A stretch of DNA of 32,000 nt from Dehalococcoidales bacterium (GTDB taxonomy: Bacteria > Chloroflexota > Dehalococcoidia > Dehalococcoidales > G020351185). Where the stretch lies: contig CAXXST010000001.1 of assembly GCA_963674855.2 (NCBI GenBank), positions 307,252 to 339,251 of the forward strand, read 5' to 3'. Under the pieces are notes generated by a model. That model was not told the origin of the DNA, searched no databases, and worked only from the letters and a program-made list of their open reading frames with translations. Each line of letters opens with the position of its first letter. The first letter of the stretch is position 1. Position numbers and translations under genes: made by a program. Shown here piece by piece: positions 1 to 8,747 of this stretch.

Positions 1-180
1 TGTTTGCAGCTTTGTCCGTATCTTGCCATATCTTTTGACGAAGAAAAACAGGTCTGCCGTGTAAACGAAGCCCTGTGCAAGGGCTGCGGCACCTGTGTCG
101 CCGGCTGTTTCTCAGATGCCATAAGCCTCAGCCACTACACCAACGAACAGCTTATGGCGCAGCTTGAGGGTATGCTGTAA
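1..180 (+). CDS. 3' end of an HdrA-like Fe-S flavoprotein (heterodisulfide reductase subunit A family); 5' part lies outside the window
   Basis: Frame 1 is open from base 1 to TAA at 178-180. The translation CLQLCPYLAISFDEEKQVCRVNEALCKGCGTCVAGCFSDAISLSHYTNEQLMAQLEGML carries CX3CP and CX2CX2CX3C ferredoxin-type motifs, as at HdrA C-termini. It sits directly upstream of MetF/MetV and opposite an MvhD operon. Confidence 0.5.
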   Translation, partial: CLQLCPYLAISFDEEKQVCRVNEALCKGCGTCVAGCFSDAISLSHYTNEQLMAQLEGML

Positions 181-203
181 CAATATCTTATCAGCCTTAA
201 AAC

Positions 204-268
204 TTGACTTGAAAGGCGTTTTCCCTATAAGGTATTAACCTATTTCTTAAAAACATCCAGTTTATAAT
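204..268 (+). promoter_or_regulatory. candidate promoter region for the metF-metV gene (two alternative -10 elements)
   Basis: TTGACT (204-209), a 16-nt spacer, then TATAAG (226-231). A perfect TATAAT also lies at 263-268 but has no good -35. GAGG Shine-Dalgarno at 279-282 precedes ATG 288. Confidence 0.3.
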
Positions 269-287
269 AACAGATAGCGAGGCAACT

Positions 288-1853
288 ATGGAGAAAGAGA
301 CCAATATACTCAGGGAAGCGATAACCAGCCCCGATACCTTTTGTGTTACCTGGGAACAGATTGCAGGGCGCGGCGCAGTTGAAAAACAACAGACAGAAAT
401 ATTCAGCAATGCCGAACTGGCGGCTAAAGGCGGCAGGATTCACGGCATAAGCGTTACCGATAACCCCAGCGGCAATCCGGCTATCGCCAGCGAAATGTTG
501 TGCGCCGAGGTTAAGAAGCTGGGTATAGAGCCACTGGTGCATTTCGCGTTGAGGGATAAAAACCGCAACGAGGTTGAAAGCCTTCTTTACGGGCTGGCGG
601 CTGCCAACGTGCGCAACATATTGTTTCTTTCAGGGGATTATCCGGCAGAAGGCGGCTTCGCAGGCAAAGCCAAGCCGGTATTTGATATAGATCCCACCCA
701 CGCTTGCCAGCTTGCCGCAGAAATGAACAAGGGGCTGGAATACCAGGCGATGGGCAAGACAGTTGCCCTGTCGCCCACCGATTTCTTTGCCGGCGTTGCC
801 GTTTCACCCTTCAAGCAAACGGAAGCAGAGCTTATGGGGCAGTATTACAAGCTGGACAAGAAGATAAAAGGCGGCGCTTCTTTCGTCATCAGTCAGATTG
901 GCTATGATGCCAGAAAAATGCAGGAGCTTATCCAGTGGCTGAAGCTATATGGAAATAATACGCCCGCGCTGGCGAATATATATGTTTTGAGCTATCCGCC
1001 GGCAAGGCTTATGAACAGCAACCAGATACCTGGCTGCGTGGTTACCGAAGAACTGCTGGCTAAAGTGGCGGAAGAAAGAAAGGCCGAAGATAAGGGCAGG
1101 AATGCCCGTATGCTGCGGGCAGCCAAGATGTATGCCATAACAAAGGGTATGGGTTATGCCGGCGCGCATATCGGCGGACACGGGCTGAAATACGAAGCGG
1201 TTGAATATATAATAGAAAAGGGCGAAGAATTGCTGCCGAAATGGCAGGAACTGCTGCCTGAATTTAATCATCCGCAGAAAGACGGCTTCTATTTCTTCAA
1301 GAAGGATGAAAAAACGGGCTTGAATCTGGAAGAACCATCGGAAAAACTTTCAAAGCCCAGAAAACAGATAAGATATCGTATTTACCGGATGGTGCATGGC
1401 GCATTCTTTGAGCCGGACCATCCTTTCTTCGGTATGTATAAAATGCTGTCTCGCTTCGCAGACAGGCATCGCTGGGCAGAGAGACTGCTTGAATTTGTTG
1501 AGCACCTGGCAAAGGTGGCTTTATTCTCTTGCCAGAACTGCGGAGACTGCGCCCTCTTTGACGCTGCCTATATCTGCCCGATGTCCCAATGTCCCAAGAG
1601 CCAGCGGCTGGGACCCTGCGGCGGCAGTTATGAAGGCTGGTGCGAGGTTTACCCCGGCAAGCAGAAATGCGTCTGGGTGAGGGCTTATGACAGGCTGCGT
1701 GCGTATCGTGAAGAGGATAAAATCGGCGCTTATACCATTCCGCCGTGCAACTGGGAATTATGGCAGACGTCTTCCTGGCTCAATTTCTATCTGGGGAGAG
1801 ACCACACCGCCAAGAGGCTGGGCGTTAAGCCGCCGGTAAAGAAAGAAAAGTAG
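288..1853 (+). CDS. metF: methylenetetrahydrofolate reductase fused to a C-terminal MetV-type Cys-rich (MTHFR_C) domain
   Basis: 521-aa ORF. The N-terminal ~300 aa is MTHFR-like (ISVTDNPSGNP, ILFLSGDYP, VAVSPF). The C-terminal part contains CQNCGDCALFDAAYICPMSQCPKSQRLGPCGG, typical of the small MetV subunit or the MTHFR C-terminal domain of acetogen-type enzymes. Confidence 0.85.
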   Translation: MEKETNILREAITSPDTFCVTWEQIAGRGAVEKQQTEIFSNAELAAKGGRIHGISVTDNPSGNPAIASEMLCAEVKKLGIEPLVHFALRDKNRNEVESLLYGLAAANVRNILFLSGDYPAEGGFAGKAKPVFDIDPTHACQLAAEMNKGLEYQAMGKTVALSPTDFFAGVAVSPFKQTEAELMGQYYKLDKKIKGGASFVISQIGYDARKMQELIQWLKLYGNNTPALANIYVLSYPPARLMNSNQIPGCVVTEELLAKVAEERKAEDKGRNARMLRAAKMYAITKGMGYAGAHIGGHGLKYEAVEYIIEKGEELLPKWQELLPEFNHPQKDGFYFFKKDEKTGLNLEEPSEKLSKPRKQIRYRIYRMVHGAFFEPDHPFFGMYKMLSRFADRHRWAERLLEFVEHLAKVALFSCQNCGDCALFDAAYICPMSQCPKSQRLGPCGGSYEGWCEVYPGKQKCVWVRAYDRLRAYREEDKIGAYTIPPCNWELWQTSSWLNFYLGRDHTAKRLGVKPPVKKEK

Positions 1854-1859
1854 CCGTCT

Positions 1860-2720
1860 TTAGTATTCGCTGGAGACGAAACCCTTTATCTGGGCGTAGC
1901 TGAAAACCGGTCCGTCCTTGCAGACGTAAACATCGCCGATGTTGCAGCGTCCGCACTTGCCGATGCCGCACTTCATGCGCTTTTCCAGCGTGGTAATCAT
2001 CTGCTGCGGTGTGAAACCAAGCTTATCAAGCACCGGGAAGGTGAAGCGTATCATAACCGGCGGTCCGCAGACGATAGCCACGCTGTCCTTGGCTGAAGGG
2101 GCTGCCTGTTCCAGCACCTGCGGCACAAAACCAACCTTGCCCTTCCAGTTCTTGTCTTCCCTGTCTATGGTTATAACGGCGTTCAGGCTTTTATCTTTTT
2201 GCCACGCCTCAAGGTCATAGTCAAAACAAAGGTCCTGCGGGCTGCGCGCGCCGTAGATTATATCTATATTCTTGTAGTCCTTGCGGTTATCTATGGCGTT
2301 CCAGATAAGAGAGCGCAGCGGCGCCAGCCCGATGCCGCCGGCAACAAAAACAAGATTTTTACCTTTTAATTCTTCCAGCGGAAAGCTGTTGCCGAAGGGT
2401 CCGCGAAAGCCTATCTCGGCGCCAACCGGCAGGCGGTGCAAGGCTTCTGTTACCTTGCCGACGCGCTTGACGGCGAACTCAAGGTGGTCTTTGCGGGTGG
2501 GGCTGGAAGATATGCAGAAGGTGGCTTCACCCACGCCGAAAACGGAATATTCGCCGAACTGCCCGGATTCAAAGCCGAACTCTTTTTTGAGCTTTTCATC
2601 CTTGAAGTTGAAGTGAAACGTCCGCGTATCCGGCGTTTCCTCTATAATCTTCTCTATTACGGCTATATGCGGCAGGTAGGCATTGCCCTCTGCCAGAAAA
2701 TCCTTATTATTATTTGGCAT
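1860..2720 (-). CDS. FAD/NAD(P)-binding [2Fe-2S] oxidoreductase subunit (FlxA / HydG / AsrB family)
   Basis: 286-aa ORF with an FNR-like fold: nucleotide-binding LVFVAGGIGLAPLRS and the C-terminal cluster motif CGIGKCGRCNIGDVYVCKDGP. Its start overlaps the stop of the upstream gene by 11 nt. Confidence 0.8.
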   Translation of the reverse strand: MPNNNKDFLAEGNAYLPHIAVIEKIIEETPDTRTFHFNFKDEKLKKEFGFESGQFGEYSVFGVGEATFCISSSPTRKDHLEFAVKRVGKVTEALHRLPVGAEIGFRGPFGNSFPLEELKGKNLVFVAGGIGLAPLRSLIWNAIDNRKDYKNIDIIYGARSPQDLCFDYDLEAWQKDKSLNAVITIDREDKNWKGKVGFVPQVLEQAAPSAKDSVAIVCGPPVMIRFTFPVLDKLGFTPQQMITTLEKRMKCGIGKCGRCNIGDVYVCKDGPVFSYAQIKGFVSSEY

Positions 2721-3753
2721 CCTTTACCTCGCTGGACGGCAGGCTCTCAAGCGTCTGCGTTATATCCCAGTTCACCGGGCACAGGCGGATGCAGCGTCCG
2801 CAGCCGGTACAGGCGATTTCATTAAAAAGCGTCGGGTAAACCTGGTATTTATGGCAGACGCGGTTTCTGACACGTTTCCACTTTTCAGAGCGCGGGTTTT
2901 CCACCGGCATCTTGGTATAGACGGAGAAGGAGCAGCTATCCGGGCTGCGGTATCGGGCGCCGCCTTCCGCCGTAACCTCGTCGTTGATGTCAAAGCAGTA
3001 GCAGGTAGGGCACAGCAGGGTGCAGATGCCGCAGCTTACGCACTTGGCGGCGATATCCTGCCAGAAGGATTCGTCGTCAAAGCACTGCCGCAGTTTTTCG
3101 CTGATACCTTTTACGTCTATTTTGCGGCTTATCTTTTGTATGGCAGCCTGACGGTTGTTCTCAGCTTCAGCTTTGTCATCATCGGTAGCTTCCAGAAGGC
3201 TTTTGGTATTCTGCATAAGCTCTTCGCCGATTTTGCTGACAGATTCAACCAGGAAGCCATCTTTAATATCGGTTAACATAATATCCATACCGCTGGAATC
3301 AGAAGGGCTGCTGCCCAGTGATGTGCAGAAGCAGCAGGCATAGGGGTCTTTGCAGCTTAAGCCGACCAGTATAATATTTTGGCGGCGGTTGAGGTAATAG
3401 GGGTCCTGATAGTCATCCTTAAAAGTCATATCCAACAGGTTAAATGCTTTGGCGTCGCATGGGCGGATGCCGAAAACAAGCTGCTTTTTTTCATCCGGCG
3501 GTGGTGTTTCCAGCTTGTAGCCTTCTTCATTTTTAGTATAGGAAAACATCTTCTCTACCAGTGGCAACAAGATGCTCTTGGGTGGGGTAACGGTATTGCG
3601 GTACCAGTCTGTAAAAGAGGCGTCCTTGCCGTTCCACTCGGTAAAGGCGGCAGCGCCGCTTTCACGTGAGGGCGCCAGCACTTTAAAGCCCTGCTTCCAT
3701 TCCTCAAGCAGTTTGCCTAAATCCTGTTTGCCTATCTTTTTTATAATACTCAT
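2710..3753 (-). CDS. 4Fe-4S dicluster subunit (FlxB / HydB / AsrA family)
   Basis: 347-aa ORF with two CX2CX2CX3CP motifs (CVSCGICTLLCP, CTGCGRCIRLCP) and an N-terminal AsrA/HydB-like region. One nucleotide separates it from the upstream gene. Confidence 0.8.
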   Translation of the reverse strand: MSIIKKIGKQDLGKLLEEWKQGFKVLAPSRESGAAAFTEWNGKDASFTDWYRNTVTPPKSILLPLVEKMFSYTKNEEGYKLETPPPDEKKQLVFGIRPCDAKAFNLLDMTFKDDYQDPYYLNRRQNIILVGLSCKDPYACCFCTSLGSSPSDSSGMDIMLTDIKDGFLVESVSKIGEELMQNTKSLLEATDDDKAEAENNRQAAIQKISRKIDVKGISEKLRQCFDDESFWQDIAAKCVSCGICTLLCPTCYCFDINDEVTAEGGARYRSPDSCSFSVYTKMPVENPRSEKWKRVRNRVCHKYQVYPTLFNEIACTGCGRCIRLCPVNWDITQTLESLPSSEVKDAK

Positions 3754-3754
3754 A

Positions 3755-4714
3755 TTAAAGGAATAAGTCCTCTGCCTCTTCGGATTCGTAAGACGCCATC
3801 AGCGGCGCGTCCTCTTTATCCGTGCCGGCTTTATAATCAAACACATCATCAACGATGTCATACATCTCTTTGGTCAGGCTTCGCAGCGGGATGTTCACCG
3901 GGCAGGCTCTTTCACATTCGCCGCAATCTGTGCATCTGCCGGCAAGATGGATGCTTCTGGTAATCTGAAATAATAGATTGTCTTGCCAGTGGGGAGTTGG
4001 CGAAAGCCACTGCGGCTTGTTTTCCTCTGCGAAACAGCGTGTGCAAAAGCAGGCGGGGCAGACGCTGCGGCAGGCGTAGCAGCGGATACAGTGGCTGAAC
4101 TGTTCCTGCCAGTAAAGCCACCTTTCGGCGGGCAGTTTTTCTTTCAATTCATTCAGTTTATCCTGTGAAACAGGCGGCTTGGGCTTAATCGCCTCGCCGA
4201 TTAGAACATCATATTCGGTGGGGGTGGGCATATCGCAGGCAAGGCAGTTATCAAACAGAACCTCGGTGGTGGCAAACTCTTTTTTACCGCCGTTAAAAGA
4301 GACCAGAACCTTATCACCATTCAGGCTGATATTGTCTATTTTGTCCTTGTCTATGCCGGTCAGTTTTTCAACCTTGGCAAGGTCTATAATGCCGTTGCAG
4401 GGGATACCCAGTATGACGACATCTTCTCTTTTTACCTTGTTGTCCTGTATCAGGCTGACGATAGAACGGCTGTCGCAGCCCTTGGCAACAATTGCCGTTT
4501 TGCCTTTAAGTCCGGTTAAAAAATTGCTTAGATTATTGACGATAAAGGGGTTTATAACCAACCGTTCGGCGGCGTCTGTGTCAGAGGTTATCAGGGGGGT
4601 GACGGTGAAACGCAGGCTGCCTTTTTCAAAGCCGATAATACGCTGCACCTTGCCCTGTTTGAGCAGGTTTTTTGCCTCTTCAATCAACTTATTGCAGTTG
4701 TTTTCTTTTATCAT
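3755..4714 (-). CDS. Fe-S cluster protein, FlxC-like (second HydB-related subunit)
   Basis: 319-aa ORF with CIRCYACRSVCPAC and CTDCGECERACPV ferredoxin motifs. Its start overlaps the mvhD stop by 26 nt, suggesting an operon. Confidence 0.7.
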   Translation of the reverse strand: MIKENNCNKLIEEAKNLLKQGKVQRIIGFEKGSLRFTVTPLITSDTDAAERLVINPFIVNNLSNFLTGLKGKTAIVAKGCDSRSIVSLIQDNKVKREDVVILGIPCNGIIDLAKVEKLTGIDKDKIDNISLNGDKVLVSFNGGKKEFATTEVLFDNCLACDMPTPTEYDVLIGEAIKPKPPVSQDKLNELKEKLPAERWLYWQEQFSHCIRCYACRSVCPACFCTRCFAEENKPQWLSPTPHWQDNLLFQITRSIHLAGRCTDCGECERACPVNIPLRSLTKEMYDIVDDVFDYKAGTDKEDAPLMASYESEEAEDLFL

Positions 4715-5132
4715 CTGTGAACATCTCGTTGGGACCGATTTCTTTAATTTCGTCTATCATTTTGGTGATAACCTCTACGAACTTGCCGCCCTCGGAAGCC
4801 GACACCCAGCTTGCCTGCACGCGGCGAGGGTCAACGCCCATGCTTTCCAGCAGCTTCTTGGTGATGGCAAAGCGGCGGCGGTTGCGATAGTTACCCGTCT
4901 GGTAGTGGCAGTCTCCCGGGTGGCAGCCTGAAACCAGCACGCCGTCAAAACCCAGACGCAGGGCTTTCAATACAAACAACGGGTCAACCCTGCCGGAGCA
5001 GGGGACTTTGATTATGCGTATATTGGCAGGATATTTCTTACGGCTGATGCCGGCGAGGTCTGCGCCGGCGTAGCTGCACCATTTGCACAGAAAGCCAACT
5101 ATTCTGGGTTCCCAGTCAGTATTTTCTTCCAT
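4689..5132 (-). CDS. mvhD: MvhD / FlxD-type (methyl-viologen-reducing hydrogenase delta subunit family) [2Fe-2S] protein
   Basis: The conserved MvhD core is present: IVGFLCKWCSYAGADLAG, KVPCSGRVD, VSGCHPGDCHY. The ATG at 5130-5132 (MEENTDWEPR) is preferred over the ORF-track start at 5198, because the extra 22 aa are hydrophobic and unlike MvhD, and AAGGAAA precedes it. Confidence 0.85.
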   Translation of the reverse strand: MEENTDWEPRIVGFLCKWCSYAGADLAGISRKKYPANIRIIKVPCSGRVDPLFVLKALRLGFDGVLVSGCHPGDCHYQTGNYRNRRRFAITKKLLESMGVDPRRVQASWVSASEGGKFVEVITKMIDEIKEIGPNEMFTDDKRKQLQ

Positions 5133-5265
5133 TATTTCCTTAAAAATGCAGGCATAAAATAACACTAAACTATACCATAACAGGGGGCTTTGCCTCAAAG
5201 TTTGCGCCGCTTTTGCCGCTTTGCCACTATTTCCGATAGCCTGTATACTTCTTATTGAAAAAGCT

Positions 5266-6318
5266 ATGAAAACAGGTGATTTTGATTATTTTCTGCCGCC
5301 GCGGCTTATCGCCCAGACGCCGCTTGAATGCAGGGACAAGTCCCGCCTTATGCTGGTTAACCGCAGGGACGGCTCTGTAGAACACAGCGTACTTTCCAGC
5401 CTTGGTGATTACCTGCAAAAGGGAGATGTGCTGGTCTTTAACGACAGCCGCGTAATACCGGCGCGTCTTAAGGGCAGAAAAAAGGGCAGCGGAGGCAGGG
5501 TGGAGGTGCTGCTGCTGCGGCATATCGGCAACGGCACATGGGAGGCGCTGCTTAAACCGGGCAAGCGGTTTGGCGTCGGCGCAGAAATAGAAATTACCGG
5601 CGATAATAATGCAGACGGGAAGTATGATATAACAGCGGAGATTACCGGCGTTAAGGAAGGCGGCATAAGGCTGGTGCGTTTTTCTGATGAAGAAAGACTA
5701 TTGGCTTTGGGCAGTATGCCGCTGCCGCCCTATATAAAAACGCCGCTTCTGGAACAGGAACGTTACCAGACGGTCTATGCCGCCGAACCGGGCAGCGCCG
5801 CCGCCCCCACCGCCGGGCTGCACTTTACGCCGGAACTTATAGAAAGCCTGCGGCAGAAGGGGGTTGAATGCCTGTTTGTTACGCTGCACATCGGGCTGGA
5901 TACCTTCCGTCCGGTCAAGGAGGAAGACCCTGAAAAACATCCCATCCATCGGGAATACGGTGTAGTAAATAAAGAAACGGCTGACAGGCTGAATCTGGCA
6001 AAAGCAGAGGGCAGAAGGATAATCTGCGTTGGCACCACCGCGGTAAGGCTGCTGGAATATGCGGCTAAAGAAATAGATGAAGAAAAAGCAGATGAAGGTA
6101 TAAAGCCCTTCAGCGGCTGGGTGGATCTGTTCATCCTGCCGGGCTATGGTTTCCGTATGGCGGACGGGATGCTTACCAACTTCCACCTGCCGCGCTCCAC
6201 GCTGCTGATGATGGTCTCGGCTTTTGCAGGGCAGGAATTAATTAAAGAGGCTTACAACGCAGCCATTGAAGAAAAATATCGTTTTTACAGCTTCGGTGAC
6301 TGTATGTTGATTATTTAA
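5266..6318 (+). CDS. queA: S-adenosylmethionine:tRNA ribosyltransferase-isomerase
   Basis: Motifs MKTGDFDYFLPPRLIAQTPLE, GDVLVFNDSRVIPARL, AAPTAGLHFT, CVGTTAVRLLE. The ATG at 5266 gives a typical ~350-aa QueA; the ORF-track TTG at 5221 adds an atypical hydrophobic leader. Confidence 0.9.
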   Translation: MKTGDFDYFLPPRLIAQTPLECRDKSRLMLVNRRDGSVEHSVLSSLGDYLQKGDVLVFNDSRVIPARLKGRKKGSGGRVEVLLLRHIGNGTWEALLKPGKRFGVGAEIEITGDNNADGKYDITAEITGVKEGGIRLVRFSDEERLLALGSMPLPPYIKTPLLEQERYQTVYAAEPGSAAAPTAGLHFTPELIESLRQKGVECLFVTLHIGLDTFRPVKEEDPEKHPIHREYGVVNKETADRLNLAKAEGRRIICVGTTAVRLLEYAAKEIDEEKADEGIKPFSGWVDLFILPGYGFRMADGMLTNFHLPRSTLLMMVSAFAGQELIKEAYNAAIEEKYRFYSFGDCMLII

Positions 6319-6379
6319 ATGCTAACTTTTGGTGGCAAGCGGCGTTATAAGGTGATAGAATTGTCTTTGATCTGGGTTA

Positions 6380-7687
6380 ATGTATTACGACAGGCTTAAA
6401 CTTGCAATAGACTGGCTGCGCCGGCAGCCTTTTGCGGTCTTTGTGTTTCTGCATGCCATACTCCTGCTGGGCATCTTTTCCGTCTTTGACTATAACGTAA
6501 TGGGGCATGGGCTTGAGTATTCAATCGCCGATAGAATACTGGGCGGCGAGATACCTTACCAGGGGGGTTTTCTGGTTGAATACCCGCCGCTGGCTCTTTT
6601 CAGCTTCCTGCTGCCGGCATTAGTATCCTCTACACTGGCTGCCTATGGCTTTCTGTTTGCCCTGCAGATATTCCTGCTGGACATAGTGATTCTTTATATA
6701 ATGTGGAAGCTTGCCAGCCGTCTTAAGCTGAATGTGTGGTATGTTCTGGGCGCTTATACTCTTTGCCTGGCTGCCGCCGGCACGATTGTAACCGGGCGTT
6801 TTGATATGCTGCCGACGGCATTGGTTATGGTTGCCCTGTATGCCTTCATAAATGGAAAAAACAAGACCGCCTGGGCGGTGCTGGCGCTGGGCTTGAGCAC
6901 CAAGCTCTACCCCGTAATAATAGCGCCGCTTTTTGCGCTATACCTGTTGCGGCAAAAGCAGTACCGGCAACTGGCAATGGGCATCGCTGTTTTTGCGGTC
7001 GTTGTTCTGGCGCTTAATCTGCCCTGGGTAATTATGGACGCCGAAGGCTACTGGTATTCACTGGAATACCACATGCTGCGCGGGTTGCATTCCGAAAGCA
7101 GCTACGCCTCGGTAATTCTGCTGGGGCAGTCTATGGGGCTGACACAGGTTGACGGCGCCGCTTTAACCTATGGCTCCTGGAATATTACCTCTCCGTTGGC
7201 GGATACGCTGGCTAAATCATCTTTCTATATAACCGCCGTCTTTCTGTTATCCGCCTATGGATTATATGCGCGGCAGCTGTGGCAGAAACCGAAAGATGAA
7301 GGCGAAGGGCTGGCGCTGGACGACAATGCGATAAGGCAGTTGCTGCTGTTTTCACTGCTGGCGATTCTTATAATGCTGCTTGCCAGCAAGGTCTTTTCGC
7401 CGCAGTATCTGGTATGGATTTGCCCGCTGATACCGCTGGTTATGCGGCGCGGGCTTTACAGTTCGCTGATGATGTTTCTGGTGGCTGCCGCTATAAGCCA
7501 GTATATCTACCCGCATCACTACCTGGATTTTGAGTGGGCCACCTTCGGCACGCAATACGGATACCAGAATATGATAGCGCTGCTTTTTATACGCAATCTG
7601 CTTATACTGGCTATAACGATACAGGCTTTTGTTATGGCTTTCGGCTCCCGTTCGCCAAAGAAGATTATTCCCAGCGGAACAGCCTGA
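6380..7687 (+). CDS. polytopic integral membrane protein, GT-C/DUF2029-like glycosyltransferase candidate
   Basis: 435-aa ORF with at least 10 hydrophobic segments. The overall layout resembles polyprenol-phosphate-dependent glycosyltransferases; the family assignment is tentative. Its 3' end overlaps the convergent ABC permease by 23 nt. Confidence 0.65.
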   Translation: MYYDRLKLAIDWLRRQPFAVFVFLHAILLLGIFSVFDYNVMGHGLEYSIADRILGGEIPYQGGFLVEYPPLALFSFLLPALVSSTLAAYGFLFALQIFLLDIVILYIMWKLASRLKLNVWYVLGAYTLCLAAAGTIVTGRFDMLPTALVMVALYAFINGKNKTAWAVLALGLSTKLYPVIIAPLFALYLLRQKQYRQLAMGIAVFAVVVLALNLPWVIMDAEGYWYSLEYHMLRGLHSESSYASVILLGQSMGLTQVDGAALTYGSWNITSPLADTLAKSSFYITAVFLLSAYGLYARQLWQKPKDEGEGLALDDNAIRQLLLFSLLAILIMLLASKVFSPQYLVWICPLIPLVMRRGLYSSLMMFLVAAAISQYIYPHHYLDFEWATFGTQYGYQNMIALLFIRNLLILAITIQAFVMAFGSRSPKKIIPSGTA

Positions 7688-8747
7688 TTGCCAACATCAT
7701 GCAGATGACAAACCAGGCTGCCAGCACACCTATATCCAGCATCAGCGGATAGGATGGCGTGGCATCCACCATCACCTGGCGGAAGGCATCTCCCAGATAG
7801 GTCAGCGGGATGATTGAAACTATGGGGCGCATAAAGTCCGGCATTATTTCAAGCGGGAAGAAAATGCCGGAAAGAAAAAGCATGGGGAATTGTATTATCT
7901 GGATGATGGGCATGGCGCCCTCTACGGTTTTAGCGCGCGAAACAGCAAAATAGCCGATGCTTATAAAGGTCAGCGCACCCAGCAGCACCAGCAGAAGCAG
8001 CAAAAACCAGTTGCCCACCATCTGGACGTCAAAAACGAAAAAGGCGATGGCGATTATAATCAGCGTTTGCATCAGCGCCAGTATCAGGCGGTAAACAACC
8101 TGGCTGGAAACCATCATATGGCGTGGCAGCGGCGTTGCCCCAAAGCGTTTAAGCACCTTCTTTTCACGCCATTCCACCAGCGTAAGAGAGCCGAAAAGCC
8201 CCAGAAACAGGATAGACATTGCCAGTATACCCGGCACCAGATTGTCTATATAGCTGAGTTCATGCGTCTGGATGGATTCCTGGGTAAGCCCGAAAATGAC
8301 CGGCTGTCCGGTCATCTGTATATTAACGGCATCAATTACCTGCTGCAGCACCGGCAAAATTATCTGCACCGATGTTGTCTTGGAAGGGTCATAGTAAACG
8401 CTGATATCTACCGTTTCACCCCTGCCGATGCTGGCTTCTACGCCAGACGGGATTGTGACAACGGCATCAAGATCACCATTGCGGAGTTCTTCCAGCCCGG
8501 CTTCCAGTTCACCGGGGTTAATTTCAAAAATGGGTATCTCCTGCAAAGCCATAGTGATACCCTGGCTGGCGGCTGAATTATCCTGGTTAGCCAGACCGAT
8601 GTTATAACTGACATCATCAACACCGCTGAAAACAAAGCCGAAGATGAGCATAAAAAGCAACGGAAAAGCAAAGGTGAAGAACAGCGCCGTCCTGTCACGC
8701 ACAAACTGCTTGAAATCTGCCACCAGTAAACGGTAAAAGGCTTTCAT
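7665..8747 (-). CDS. ABC-2 type transporter permease
   Basis: 360-aa ORF with an N-terminal TM segment, a large extracytoplasmic loop, then five C-terminal TM segments, as in the ABC-2 family. A 4-nt overlap links it to the upstream ATPase gene. Confidence 0.85.
   Translation of the reverse strand: MKAFYRLLVADFKQFVRDRTALFFTFAFPLLFMLIFGFVFSGVDDVSYNIGLANQDNSAASQGITMALQEIPIFEINPGELEAGLEELRNGDLDAVVTIPSGVEASIGRGETVDISVYYDPSKTTSVQIILPVLQQVIDAVNIQMTGQPVIFGLTQESIQTHELSYIDNLVPGILAMSILFLGLFGSLTLVEWREKKVLKRFGATPLPRHMMVSSQVVYRLILALMQTLIIIAIAFFVFDVQMVGNWFLLLLLVLLGALTFISIGYFAVSRAKTVEGAMPIIQIIQFPMLFLSGIFFPLEIMPDFMRPIVSIIPLTYLGDAFRQVMVDATPSYPLMLDIGVLAAWFVICMMLAIRLFRWE

Noticed and set aside
4179-4931. 250-aa plus-strand ORF
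   Set aside because: It is antisense to the strongly motif-supported flxC-like and mvhD genes. The translation is Ser/Leu-rich and low in complexity, with no recognisable motif.
5183-5196. gggggctttgcctc as a fifth, degenerate copy of the M2 hairpin in the mvhD-queA gap
   Set aside because: Only a partial match with a broken stem and no flanking M1 or M3 modules. It is too weak to call without a genome-wide model.
7890-8576. 228-aa plus-strand ORF
   Set aside because: It lies antisense within the ABC-2 permease gene. Its Gln/His/Arg-rich composition is typical of a shadow ORF.
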